DNA from: Chiloscyllium plagiosum
Taxonomy: Eukaryota
Reading direction: 5' to 3'
Length of the DNA stretch: 29,101 nucleotides
Assembly (NCBI RefSeq): GCF_004010195.1
Contig: NC_057756.1
Span: forward strand, 8,220,676 to 8,249,776
Part shown: positions 10,661 to 22,427 of the stretch, piece after piece
How positions within the stretch are numbered: position 1 is the first letter of the stretch
Layout of the letters: each line of letters begins with the position of its first letter
Made by a program: the position numbers and the translations under genes
Notes under the pieces: generated by a model
Told to the model about the DNA's origin: nothing
Seen by the model: only the letters and a program-made list of their open reading frames with translations
The model's database searches: none

Positions 10661-11484
10661 ATAAACTAGACTTTGTTACAGTTTACTGGCACTGCAGAAA
10701 ATCCCATTGGATACATCATGTGTTTGATCAATTTGTACTTTAGTCTTTTGAAATTAAGTTAAAGTGTACAAATTAAATAAACAATGTCTTTGTTGAATGC
10801 ACAGCATTAAATGCAGAATAATCACATAATTCATTCAAGAAACATGCAAAAGGATCCTCACCAACGCTTACTCGGGTCCTGATAATGACAAATATTTACA
10901 AAATACCATATATATCTTAAATTTTGAAAACCTCTTCATTCGATCACCATTGAACTTTTCCTTATAGTTATACTGGAAGTGTAACAATTTCATTTGGTCA
11001 TGATTCTTACTGATGGTAATACTGTACTTATCAGATCTGAAAGGGAAACTTAACTTGATAGATGACATTATTTTTTTCAAATTTTTTTTACTGTGATGCT
11101 CAGTTACAGAAAATTTCTTGTTGAGACTGCAGTGTTTTTCAAAATAACATCAGTATGTGACACACAGGAGTAGCAAACACATGTATATCGTAACAAACAG
11201 CAAAAAAGAATAATTCAATCTATTTCCCAGCAATATCTGTCATGAATACTCAATCCCAGGGATCCATGACACCAACTTGAAGTTTCTTACAAAACTGACT
11301 TTTTAACAGTTGGTCAGGAGATTTCTTACCAGTTCCAGGATCCCAGATTCCTTTTCAGTTCTGAAAGCCACACGCACAGACTCTTAGAATTTGGAGATTT
11401 TACAAGTTAACAAACTGTTCTTCTGAACTGAAATGAAACCACTAGGGGCCACAACTATATGTTTTTTTTTCTATTTGTCATAAA

Positions 11485-11645
11485 AAGCCACAGTAAAGTA
11501 GCCACAGTCCTATTAGATCATGGGGGAGTGAGAGAGAGAGAACGAGAGAACATGTTGAGAAGGAGAGTCCTTCATAGTAGCCTCGCAGGAGTTGCACTGA
11601 GCAATTTGCATTGTAAACCAGTTGTTCAGCCAACTAAGCTAACAA
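11485..11645 (-). mobile_element. Degenerate tRNA-derived SINE-like fragment
   Basis: Minus strand begins gttagcttagttggctgaacaactggttt (A-box-like head) and includes a (TC)n tract; recognised by eye only. Confidence 0.4.
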
Positions 11646-12767
11646 ACTCCAAAGTCATAAAGATCATCACTGTAAATATTTTGGCAATTAACTTCATTAC
11701 GCTTTGTGATGCACTCAGTCTACGTATCAATGCCACTGGAAATAAAGTACTAATTTCACTTTTTGAAATGATGTTCTGTTAATGAAACTTCTCAGATTAG
11801 AGATGACAAGTCTATTGCACCACTATTCTAAATGATCTTAAACACTGAGCAGAATTCTGGCTCATTAGTAATATTGCCACAACTCTTAGTCCTTACTCAC
11901 CCACCCATCCCGTATGGTTTAACTCTCCTAACTATTTCTTTGCTGCTCCTTACTGTATTTTTTGTACTGTCATTAATTGCTTCCCGCTGTCTCTGTACAA
12001 ATTCAAGTTATTATTAACATGCTGTGATTTTATCTGTTCTCTAGCTCCATTTTCAATTGATTCCATTCTCAGGGTCATTCTGTTCAATGGTACAGTCTCT
12101 GAAAATGTGAATGTTGCTACACATCACTCAAGGCTCCACTCTGTTCACTGACGCTGCTGCCATCATCTACCATGTGGGTTGGATCTATCTGTTTGTCTCT
12201 TCCAGGCACACTTCAGAAGTGTGGGAATTCCTTCCCCTGTAGTTATAACATGCAATGTTAGATGGCGCCATTGATCAATAAATGATACACCAACAATACC
12301 ACTGCCATTTACAGATGATGGTTACAACAGATAATTCCAGCAGATGTAGTGCGAATTGATTCAACTTTACATAAATAGACATCAAAGTTGTCACAGAACA
12401 AACAGCAGTGAAGGATCAAACTATTAGTCCAGTGTTAATGGCAGACTAAAGGTTAGCTCTGACTGAAGACAAGAGCGTGAAATCAAGATGGAGACAGAAG
12501 GATAAATGAGGCCAGCTTATAGTCTGAAGGTTCAACAGCTTCTGATTGTCTTGTTTCTCCTCTTGGCACAGAGACCTGATTCCAATATGTCCAGAACAGA
12601 GAATAATCCAGTAAGTGACTGTTCCAGGATCAGATCAACAATAACCACTACAAATGTGAGGCAGTTCCTGCAAGGACAGAAGCTGAGGAAATTCCACAGC
12701 AGCAACACAAAAAAACCCCAAAAAAAACCCAGTCTGAAATAATACCGAGCACAGCAACAAAATAACT

Positions 12768-13125
12768 AAAAACCAGAAGAAGCATAAGTAGAAAAAGCTC
12801 AGCAGGTCTGGCAGCATCTGTGAAGGGAAGTCAATTTCGGGTCCGGTGACCCTTCCTCAGAAAAAGGATGGTAGCTAGAAAATGTTGGTTTATTTGCAGA
12901 AGATAGGTTGAGGGAAGGAGTAAGAAGTGAACAATAGGTATGGATAATTAGGTATCTTTGAACTCTATCCCTACCTTTCATTTACTCCTTACCCCATCTT
13001 CTGCATATAAACGTACATTTTCCTAGCTACCATCAGTTCTGAGGAAGGGTCACCTGTCCCAAAACATCAATTCTACTTACTCTGCACAGATGCTGCCAGT
13101 TGTGCTGAGCTTTCTCAGCAAATGC
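12768..13125. mobile_element. Penelope-like terminal repeats (family B) as an inverted pair with hammerhead-like cores
   Basis: aaagctcagcaggtctggcagcatctgtg...gacccttcctcagaa..gatggtagctagaaaatg is mirrored by cattttcctagctaccatcagttctgaggaagggtcac...cacagatgctgccag..tgctgagcttt. Confidence 0.8.
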
Positions 13126-13193
13126 TCTTTTTCATTTGTGTGCAAAGTAATTAACACTGACACAAAACAGTGACAGCAGTGATAACAACTTAC

Positions 13194-13263
13194 CACTGAT
13201 TCCAACAGCCGCGCACACAGGAAAGTAAATATCCTGTATCTGATAGATAAGTATATATCCCAT
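13194..13263 (-). CDS. Exon 1 of the GPR139-like GPCR (MGYILIYQIQDIYFPVCAAVGIS)
   Basis: ATG at 13263, 70 nt, donor G/gtaagt. Phase 1 joins exon 2 at 8824 (G+TT = Val) to give GISVNLFAIVIL, completing TM1. The intron is 4369 nt. Confidence 0.88.
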
Positions 13264-13328
13264 TTCTGCGAGAAGCAGTTTCTGTGTTCCAGGAGCCCAC
13301 TGCGCTGATCCACTCTCTATTTCAAAGG

Positions 13329-13334
13329 TTTATA
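13329..13334 (-). promoter_or_regulatory. Candidate TATA box of the GPCR gene
   Basis: TATAAA on the minus strand about 66 nt upstream of the exon 1 ATG; position is the only support. Confidence 0.4.
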
Positions 13335-13465
13335 ATGGACCCTGATTCATCCGGGAAAAGCTCTCCACTGATATGGTTATACCCCTGAGCACTGCAATTA
13401 GTTACATTCACTTGAACAAACAGCTCTTAATTTAATGTCAGAATTTGCTGGATCCAAAGTAAAAA

Positions 13466-13731
13466 GTCACTCAACACCAGGTTATAGTCCAACAGGTTTA
13501 TTTGAAATCATACAAGTTTTTGGAGTGCTCCTCCTTCGTCAGATGCAGTGAGAGAAGAGGGCAAATACACAGTTTATAGGCAGAGATATAAAGGGGAGAA
13601 GGATCAAAAGATCATAGTCGGTGCTCGCTCTCTCTACAGATGACAAAGGAGCAGCACTTCAAAAGCTTGTGTGGTTTCACATAAACCTGTTGGACTATCA
13701 CCTGGCATCGTGTGACCTCTGACTTTGTCCA
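13466..13731. mobile_element. Penelope-like terminal repeats (family C) as an inverted pair
   Basis: ccaggttatagtccaacaggtttatttgaaa is mirrored by tttcacataaacctgttggactatcacctgg; degraded CTGACGA-aggag..ctcc-aaaa core at 13513-13545 (-). Confidence 0.78.
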
Positions 13732-13857
13732 GGTGAAAGTGAGTAATGCAGATGCTAGAGATCAGAGTCAAGAATGTGGTGCTGAAAAGCAGCAGGCCAG
13801 GTAGCATCCAAGGAGTAGGAGAATCAACGTTTTGAGCAAGAGTCCTTCATCAGGAAT
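13732..13857 (-). mobile_element. Penelope family A terminal fragment nested in the family C element
   Basis: Homologous to 1895-2023 and flanked by the direct repeat tttgtcca (13724-13731 and 13857-13864). Confidence 0.85.
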
Positions 13858-14074
13858 TTGTCCACCCCAGTCCAATGGATACAATGGAAACACCATAATG
13901 TCGCAGATAATTTCTTAATTAAACATCTTTCAGGAATAAACTCAAATATTGTGCTGTTAAAGGAATGATTTCATTCAGTTTTACATCAATGTATTTACCA
14001 TGTCTACTCCTATGCATTCCATTCTGAAAGTTACTGGTTTATTTGGCAGTGTAAACTGAATCTGAGGACATATG

Positions 14075-14575
14075 ACATAGAACATAGAACAGTTCAGGCT
14101 CTTCAGCCCTCGATGTTTTGCCAACCTTTTATCCTACTCTAAGATCAAACTAACATAAATACCTTACATTTTACTATCATCCACATGCCTATCCAAAAGT
14201 CGTTTAAATGTTCCTAATGTATCTGACTGTATTATCCTGCTGGCAGTGCATTCCAAACACACACCACTCTCTGTGTAAAGAACCTACCTCTGACATCATC
14301 CCTAAATCTTTATCCAATCACCTTAAAAATTATGTCCCATTGTGATAGCCAATTTCACCCTGTGAAAATGTCTCCGACTATGCACTCTATGTCTTTCATC
14401 ATCTTGCACACCTCAGTCAAGTCATCTCTCATCATTCTTCACTCCAATGAGAAAAGCCCTAGTTCCCTCAACTTTTCAAAAGATATGCCCTTCAGTCCAG
14501 GCAGCATTCTGGTAAATCTACTCTGCACCATCTCTAAAGCTTCCACGTCCTTCTTCTATAATGAGGTGACCAAAC
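14075..14575 (-). mobile_element. CR1 LINE 3' end
   Basis: Tail repeat acatagaacatagaac; body similar to the 3' part of 16715-17920 in reverse. Confidence 0.88.
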
Positions 14576-14769
14576 ATAAGCAGATGCATTCCATTCTGTC
14601 GCTGCAGTTTTCCCAATTGAGATATGAATTTGGATTCTCCAACCCTATGAAGTTAGGGACCATGTGAAGGATTGCTGCGGGTGACATGAGGATATGGAAA
14701 ACGAATGAATGAGTTTCAACAACATTCCCTCTTCATTAGAAACGCTTCCTTGTTTTGCCTACGTGTTAA

Positions 14770-15095
14770 ACATCGGAACAGAAGTCGGTCATTCAGTCCC
14801 TCAATCTTTTTCTGCTGTCCAATGAGATCATGGCTGATCAGTGACCTGACTCCACATATCTATGGCATTTGGCCGCAATTCCTTGATACCTTTGCTTCAT
14901 TAAAAAGTACCTCTCTCAGATATACAATGAACAATTGATCCAGCATCCACTGCTGTTTATGGATGTGAGTTCCAAATATCTCCTACCCTTTGTGCGTTAA
15001 ACTGCTTCCTAACATCTCTTCTGAATGCTCTGGCCCAAATTCTGAGACTCTTTAGTTCTATAATCTCAAACCAATGGAAGTAGACTGTCTTTAAC
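14770..15095 (-). mobile_element. Old CR1 LINE 3' end
   Basis: Minus frame RAFRRDVRKQFNAQRVGDIWNSHP; 3' region resembles 6385-6520. Confidence 0.8.
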
Positions 15096-15209
15096 TTGGA
15101 AAGACAGCAGAGATAAAGTCTTTCATTAAATGTTAAAGCCTTCAGTAAAATTAGAACTAATTCACAGTGGTGTGGCAAAAAGAGAGGATGACCAATCAAC
15201 CAATCAATA

Positions 15210-16650
15210 CCACAGAATTTAGATGGGCAGACAGAATTTAGTGTAGAGAAATATAAAGGAAATTAGGAGGGCAAGGAGGGTCCACAAAATATCTTTGGCA
15301 GATGGGATCAAGAAAAGCTGAATGGCTTTTAGTAAGTATATGAAGAGTAGGAAGATAACCAAGGAAAGAATGTGGCCTATTAGGAACCAAATGGGCAACC
15401 TGCGCATTGAGCCAATGATGTGGGTGAGGTCTTAAATATGTCTCATCTGTATTCACAGAAGAGAAAGATGTCGTAGTCAGGGATATCAGTCAGTATGATG
15501 ACATTCTGCAGCTTGTTAGGATTAATGAGGAGGAGTTATTCAAAGTTTTAGTGGGAATACAGGTGCATACATCCTCAGAGCCAAATAAGATGTACTCTCA
15601 GCTGCTTTGAGAGGCAAAGGAGGTGATTGTTGGGGCCCTGGTGACAATATTTAGTACACCGCCAGCCACAAGCCAAGTGCCAGATGATTATGGCTCATTA
15701 TTTTGTTCAAGAAGATCACAGGGACAGGCTAGGTAATTACAGACCTGTCAGTCTGGCATGAGTGACGGAAATTATTGAAAAAGTTCTGAACAACAGATTG
15801 CTCAATACTTCGAAAGGGATAGTCAGCACAGATTTGTTCGAGGGAGTTGCTGTCTGACTGATATAACTAAGTTTTTTTGAAGATATGACCAAACAAACTT
15901 GATGAGAACAGCCCAGTTGATGTTTACATGGACTTCATTAAGGCTTTGAGAAGGCTCGTCCAAAAGGAAAGCGTCCATGGGATTCAAGGTAACTTAGCAA
16001 ACTGATGCCAAATAGGAGGCAAAGAGGAAGTAAGAGGTAAATAGGATGGTTATTTCAGTAATTGGAAGCTTGTGACCTGCGGTGTAGCACAAAGATCAGT
16101 ACTGGGACTTTTACTGTTTGATATGTACATTAACAACTTGGATTTGATTCCAGAAGTTTCAATTAGCAAGTTTGCAGTTGACTCAGAAATTGCTGGTGTT
16201 TTTGTACCTGAGGAAGATGGTCTCAGGCTACAGTCTGATATTGACCAGCTGATAAATTAGGCACTGCAATGGCAGATGGAATGTAATTCTGATAAGTGCA
16301 AGGGGATTCATTCTGGGATGTCTGACAAGAGAAGGTAATACATAATGAATGGTAGGTCCCGAGGAAGTATTGAGGAACAAAGTGACTTTGGTATAGATCC
16401 CTTAAGGTATCAGCACAAATAGACAGCGTGATGAAGAAAGCAAATGGGATGATAGTCTTTATTAACCAGGACGCAGAGTATAGGAGCAAAGAACTCTTGT
16501 TACAAATTTATAAATCACTGGTTAGGCCACAGATGTATGCAGTTCTGGTCGCTACACTATCAGAAAGATATGATTACATTGGAGGGGATGCAGAGAAGAT
16601 TCACCAAGATATTGCCTGGGATTAAAAGTCTCAGTCTTGAGGAGAGACTG
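15210..16650 (+). mobile_element. Old CR1 LINE ORF2 (linker, RT and C-terminus) with many disablements
   Basis: Remnants GNYRPVSL, VYMDFIKAFEK, GVAQRSVLGLLLFDMYINNLD, ISKFAVDSEI and YKSLVRPQ. Confidence 0.92.
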
Positions 16651-16714
16651 AAATAACTCCACAACACTGCTATTCCATCATCAAATCACCCTTTCCTTTC
16701 ATTGTCTATCTTTG

Positions 16715-17920
16715 AGAAGGCGACCAAAAAGCTGGATGAGGATAAAACGGTTGGTGTGGTGTATATGGATTTCAGTAAAGCATTTGATAAGGTTTCCCAC
16801 AGTAGGCTATTGCAGAAAATACAGAGGCATGGGATTGAGAGTGATATAGCAGTTCAGATCTGAAATTGGCTTGCTGAAAGAAGACAAAGGGTAGTGGTTG
16901 ATGGGAAATGTTCATCCTGAAGTTCAGTTACTAGTGGTGTACCGCAACAATCTGTTTTGGGGCCACTGCTGTTTGTCATTTTTATAAATGACCTGGATGA
17001 TGGTGTAGAAGGATAGGTTAGCAAAATTGCAGATGACTCTAAAGCCAGTGGAGTTGTTGACAGTGCAGAAGGATGTTGCAGGTTACAGAGGGACCTAGAT
17101 AAGCTGCAGAGCTGGGCTGAGAGGGGGCAAATGGAGTTTAATGTGGAAAAGTGTGAGATGATTCACTTTAGAAGGAGTAACAGGAATACAGAGTACTGGA
17201 CTAATGGTAAGCTTCTTGGGAGTGTAGATGAGCAGAGAGATCTTGGTGTCCATGTACATAGATTCCTGAAAGTTGCCACCCAGGTTGGTAGGATTGTAAA
17301 GAAAGCATACGATGTGTTAGCTTTTTTTGGTGGAGGGATTGAGTTTCGGAACCAGTAAGTTATGTTTCAGCTGTACAAAATTCTGGTGCAGCCACATTTG
17401 CAGTTTTGCGTACAGTTCTGCTCATCGCATTATAGGAAGGATGAGGAAGCACTGGAAACAGTGCAGAGGAGATTTACCAGGATGTTGCCTATGGAGGGAA
17501 GGTCTTATGAGGAAAGGCTGATGGACTTGAGGCTGTTTTCATTAGAGAGAAGAAGCAGTGCCTCTATTAAGCAATGACTTAATAGAGGCATACAAGGTGA
17601 TCACAGGATTAGACAGGGTGGACAGAGCCTTTTTCTTCAGATGGTGATGACCAGCATGAGGGAACATAGCTTTAAACTGAGGAGAGATAGATAGAGGACA
17701 GATGTCAGAGGTAGGTTCTTTACTCAGAGTAGCAAGGGCGTGGAATGTCCTACTTACAATAATAGTAGACTCGCTAACTTTAATGGCATTTAAATGGTCA
17801 TTGGATAAATATATGGATGATAATGGAATAGTGTAGGTTAGATGGACTTCAGGTCGGTTTCACAGGTCGGCGCAACATCGAGGGCTAAAGGGCCTGTACT
17901 GCGCTGTATTGTTCTATGTT
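16715..17920 (+). mobile_element. CR1 LINE, 5'-truncated, RT to 3' tail
   Basis: [41 protein letters not shown] and VQRRFTRMLP; tail tgttctatgtt at about 17910-17920. Confidence 0.95.
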
Positions 17921-17931
17921 AAAACAATTTT

Positions 17932-18280
17932 GGGCGGCAGGGCAGTTCAGTCGTTAGCACTGCTGCCTCACAGTGCTAGGGACCTGGGTTCAAGTCCTGC
18001 CTTGGGCAACTGTCTGTGTGAAGTTTGCACATTCTCCTTGCGTCTGTGTGGGTTTCATCCGGGTGCCCCAGTTTCCTCCCACTGTCCAAAGATGTGCAGT
18101 ATAGGTATTTTGGCCATGCTAAATTGCCCATTGTGTTCAGGGAGTGTAGGTTAGGAGTATTAGTCAGGGAATTGTAGATTAATAGGATAGGGGAATGGAT
18201 CAGGGTGGATGATTCTTTGTAGGGTCGGTGTGATTTGTTGGGCCAAATGGCCTATTTCCACACTGTAGGGATTGTATTCC
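17932..18280 (+). mobile_element. HE1-type V-SINE
   Basis: tRNA-like head (gttagcactgctgcctcacag...gggttcaagtcc), V-domain tttgcacattctcc..gcgtctgtgtgggtttc..ccggg and a CR1-like tail. Confidence 0.9.
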
Positions 18281-18284
18281 ATAC

Positions 18285-18790
18285 CTGTGACTCCACCTTC
18301 AAGGAACTGTGAGCCTGCACTCCAAGGTCTCTTTGTTTGGCAACAGTGTTCGGCACCTTACCATTAACAATATAAGGCCTGCCCTAACTTGTCTTACCAA
18401 AATACACCACCTCACATTTATCAAAATTAAATTCCATCTGCCACTCCTCAGCCCATCGATCAAGGTCCCATTGTTGTCTGAGATAATGTGCTTCACCGTC
18501 CATTACACCACCAATTCTGGTATCATCTGCAAACTTACTAACCATTCCTCCTATATTCAAAGCCAAATCATTTATATCAATGACAAAAAGCAGTGGACCC
18601 AGCCCTGATCTTTGTAGCACATGCTGGTCACAGTTTGAAAAACCTCCTATCATTCTCTGTCACCTGCCTTCAAGCTGATTTTGTATTCAAATGGCTCACT
18701 CTCCCTGGATACAATGTGATCTAGCCTTGCTCACCAGTCTACCATACTGAACTTTGCTGAATGCTTGCTGAAGTCCATATAGGTGAAAGT
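18285..18790 (-). mobile_element. CR1 LINE RT fragment
   Basis: [32 protein letters not shown]...WQMEFNFDKCEV. Confidence 0.93.
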
Positions 18791-19159
18791 CCATATCTCA
18801 TTACATTTGGTTCAGGATTGAGGGGGTCACCAGCATCCAGTTAAACACAAACAGTCAGATTCTCTCCTTCACATCCGTAATATGCAGGTTTTCTATTGCA
18901 CAGTGACAAACCCATTGGGCATCAGTAGCTCGAACATGACCCATCTGAACCTAGAATGTAAGCATTTTACTCTGCCTCTTCTTAAAACTTCAGGACTGTC
19001 TGTCTGGGGGCAGCTTACTCACTGTAATATAAAACAAAGAGCAAAACCTCCTCACTGCTGTAGCCTGTCCCTCACTGAGATACACAGAGTTATATTAGGA
19101 CAGGTAGCCAACAAATTAGCTGCTTATGAGCATAGTAAAGGAGGAAAGAGATGAGCTGA

Positions 19160-19620
19160 GAGGATTAGGGTGGGAATTTTAATAATTTAGTTCCTGGGCA
19201 GGTAAAGATACAGCTATCAATACAGGGGCGACTGAGAAGGTTCAAGAGGATACAATTGGAAGAGAACAGAGATCTCAGAGGGTTGCAGGGGTCAAAGGAG
19301 TTGACAGAGATAGGGAGGGTTGTCGGGGCTGGAAGAGAACAGAGAAATAGGAAGAGATGTAGCATTGGAGGAGGTTATGGAGATAGAAAAGGTTGTAGGG
19401 GCTGGTGGAGTTTACAGAAATAAGGATAGTCAAAAGGGCTGGAAGAGGTTACAGAGATAGAATGTTGGTAGGGAGGGATCTGAAAGCAAGGATGGGAATT
19501 ATAAGTAGGTGTTCCCAGACTGAGCATCAACTTTGCACAGCTAATGACTGAGTATAGTTATTGAATCCAATTCAGTGCAACTTGGGACATGACAGTAGAG
19601 TTTTTGATAAGCTGAAGTTT
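19160..19620 (-). repeat. L2 LINE 3' remnant containing the purine-rich ~38-bp minisatellite
   Basis: Repeated ggttgtaggggctggaagaggttacagagatag (reverse complement of the 3195-3620 unit); minus frame PCNPLRSLFSSN resembles the L2 ORF2 end. Confidence 0.7.
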
Positions 19621-19649
19621 ACAGAATGTGGGAGATGGGAGTGTGTTGA

Positions 19650-20070
19650 GATAGAGTCATACTTACTGCTCCTGTCCTGCTTCCCCCCCAACCTTTCATT
19701 TCCTTGTGCTTATCCAAATGTCTTTTAAATGTTGTAATTGTAGCCACATCCACCACTTCCTCAGGCAGTTCATTGCACCCACAAACCACCCTCTGTGTAA
19801 ATGATTTGCTTCCATCTCTTTTTTTTTTAAACCTCTTTCCTTGCACCTTAAAAGTGTCCCCAGTCTTGAAATCCCCTTCCCTAGAGGGAAGACACTTACC
19901 ATTAACTCTCTCTACACTCCTCATTATTTTATAAACTTCGATAAGGTCATCTCTCAACAATGCTCCAGTTAAAAAAAAAGTCCCAGCCTATTCAGCTTTT
20001 CCTTATAACTGGAACTTTCTATACCAGCAGCATCCTGATAAATCTCGACTGAACCCTCTCCAGCTTAATA
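19650..20070 (-). mobile_element. CR1 LINE 3' end
   Basis: LRDDLIEVYKIMR...FTQRVVCGCNELPEEVV...FKRHLDK; tail atagagtcata near 19650. Confidence 0.9.
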
Positions 20071-20217
20071 TAGTAACTGACTGTCACAGCTCATTTGGAG
20101 GTCAGAATCCTTCTCTCCAAGACTTCTAGATGGGGTTACTTTCTGATTTGCATCCTGTATTTCCACTTGGAGGACAGCTACATTGTATACTCAATAATTA
20201 TACCAATTATGCATGTC

Positions 20218-20530
20218 AAGAACATAGAACATTACAGCACAGAACAGGCCCTTGCAGCCCTCAATGTTGCGCTAACCTGAGGAACCAATCTGAAGTCTAT
20301 CTAACCTACACTTTTCCATTTTCATCCATATGTTTATCCAACAACCATTTAAATGCCCTTAAAGTTGGCGAGTCTACTAATGTTGCAGGCAGAGTGTTCC
20401 ACGCCTCACTACATTCTGAGTAAAGAAACTACGTCCGACATCTGTCTTATATCTGTCACCCCTCAACATAAAGCTATGTCCCCTCGTGCTAGCTATCAGC
20501 ATCTGAGAAAAATGATTCCCACTGCCCAAT
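20218..20530 (-). mobile_element. CR1 LINE short 3' end
   Basis: agaacatagaaca tail; reverse complement of 17660-17920. Confidence 0.9.
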
Positions 20531-20579
20531 GACCATCACGTAGTTGTAATACATAGACATTTAGTTTATCTTCCTGAAG

Positions 20580-21445
20580 ATCTAGGTTCAAATCCAGCAA
20601 CAACTTGCATTCCAAATAAAATATGGAATTAAATGTCTACCAGTGACCATGTAACAATGAGGAGTGGTCCACTGCTATCCCGCACCTTATGGACTTACTG
20701 TCTCAACTTTATCATTGTCATTAAAACCCATCTGGCTCAATAGTGTCCTTGAGGGAAGGAAATGTGCTGAAGTATATACAAATCCAAACCCGCAGCAATG
20801 TGATTGACAGGACAGTGTGCCAAAATTCGAAGAGATATCTCACAGACCTGTCAGACAACAGGCTACCTCAGGGCATTATCCCTTACAGACACAGTCCCAG
20901 ATTCCACCCCAGGGTGGTAGCACAGTGATATACAGTCAAGCGGAGTTATCTTTGGAGTCCTCAACATTTACTCCTGACTCCATGATGCCTCGTGGCAGCA
21001 AGTCAAACATGTGCAAGAACAGCTTCTCTGTTCGTTACCACTACCACTCTCCCTCAGCTTATGAATGTTGAACACCACTTGGAGGAAACACTGAGGATGG
21101 CAAAGGCACAGAATCAACACTGGTGTAGGAAGAGAGGGGCTTTGATGTCCATCAGCAACAATGGTTTGGCAGCGGCAGTACTGCTGGTTAAGCTGGTCAA
21201 GTCCGAAAGGACATTGCTGCCAGACTGGATCTGCAGCAGTTAGTAAGGGAACTAACAAGATGAAAAACATACTTAACCTCATCCTGACCAACCTTCACAC
21301 TGCAGATGCATTTGTCCAACATGGTATCTGTACGAATAACCAGCGCACACTCCTAATGGAGACTAAGTCCCGTCATCATATTGAGAATACCCTGCACCAG
21401 GTTGTGTGTCAATACCAACATGTTAAGGGTGTTAAAATACAGATT
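20580..21445 (+). mobile_element. Old non-LTR element: SINE-like conserved 5' segment followed by a degraded APE endonuclease domain
   Basis: aaaacccatctggctcaatagtgtccttgagggaaggaaat core, then broken frames GGSTVIYSQ, VEHHLEETLRMAKAQN and KNILNLILTNL (APE-type LDLILTN motif). Confidence 0.7.
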
Positions 21446-22427
21446 TGAGACGGCCCAGGGAATTCCTTGTGGACTCAGACCTGTAAAACCTCTCTCTAGG
21501 TTCATCCCAGAGATCGTACTCTTTGGAAGTCTGGAATAAAACCCTCTTACAGACTGTTAAGTTTAATTTTAGTCATCCCTTTTATTCACTAATAGAATCA
21601 CTGTTCCAACATAACACTGATACATATAAGCTAAACTAACTAGGTTCTAATAACCTAGGCGAGTAGGGTGCCAGCTCTTGAAGTGCCCCAGCAGGCTATT
21701 CCGATGTACTGATACAAAGTGGCTTCCTTTATACAAAAGTTTACAAAAACATTGCGTGTTCTTAATTAGATAACAGTGAAAGACAATAATTCGTAAGGAA
21801 AAAAAGCTAATTAACAGGTCTGTGTACACTCGACTAATCATTCCTACAGGCCCTAAGCCATTCCTCAGGTGGGAAAAACATACCTAGTCACATTAGGCAT
21901 CTGCGAGTGAGATAACCTCCTTTCATAAAGAGGTACCAGTCTGAGCTAATTGGAGAGTTCATAAGGTAGGAGAAAGTGAGGGCTGCAGATGCTGGAGATC
22001 AGAGCTGAAAATGTGTTGCTGGAAAAGGGGGAGGGGAAATGAGGAAACTGGAGAAATCTGAGTTCATCCTTTGTGGTTGGAGGGTTCCTAGGCAGAAGAT
22101 GAGGCGTTCTTCCTCCAACCGTCGTGTTGCTATGGTCTGGCGATGGAGGAGTCCAAGGACCTGCATGTCCTTGATGGAGTGGGAGGGGGAGTTGAAGTGT
22201 TGAGCCACGGGGTGGTTGGGTTGGTTACTTTATCAAACCCAAAAACACTCCTTTACAAAGATGCCCACCATTCCACAAACCAACTGCGCTGTGTACTTTG
22301 TTAACTCATAAAATTTCCCATTGTGAATAAAAACCCACTAAATCTTTGAGACTATCTCATTCAAACTGTTTTATCACCATGGTTATAGAAATATTCACAA
22401 ATTAATCATTAAACCTGTCCCGTCACA
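21446..22427 (-). mobile_element. Candidate solo LTR interrupted by a Penelope fragment
   Basis: Termini tgagacgg...ccgtcaca (TG..CA, 7/8 inverted match); minus-strand TATA near 21730 followed by AATAAA near 21582. No TSD, PBS or PPT found. Confidence 0.4.
21967..22226 (-). mobile_element. Penelope-like element: GIY-YIG endonuclease C-terminus fused to the family A tail
   Basis: VAQHFNSPSHSIKDMQVLGL...RRLEEERLIFCLGTLQPQRMN matches the Penelope HF..H...E..(W/L)I..L.T..P.G.N pattern. An internal deletion removes the hammerhead segment. Confidence 0.9.

Noticed and set aside
12506..12742. ORF with a signal-peptide-like stretch (LLIVLFLLLAQ)
   Set aside because: The hydrophobic run comes from a T/C-rich tract antisense within the GPCR intron; no other coding evidence.
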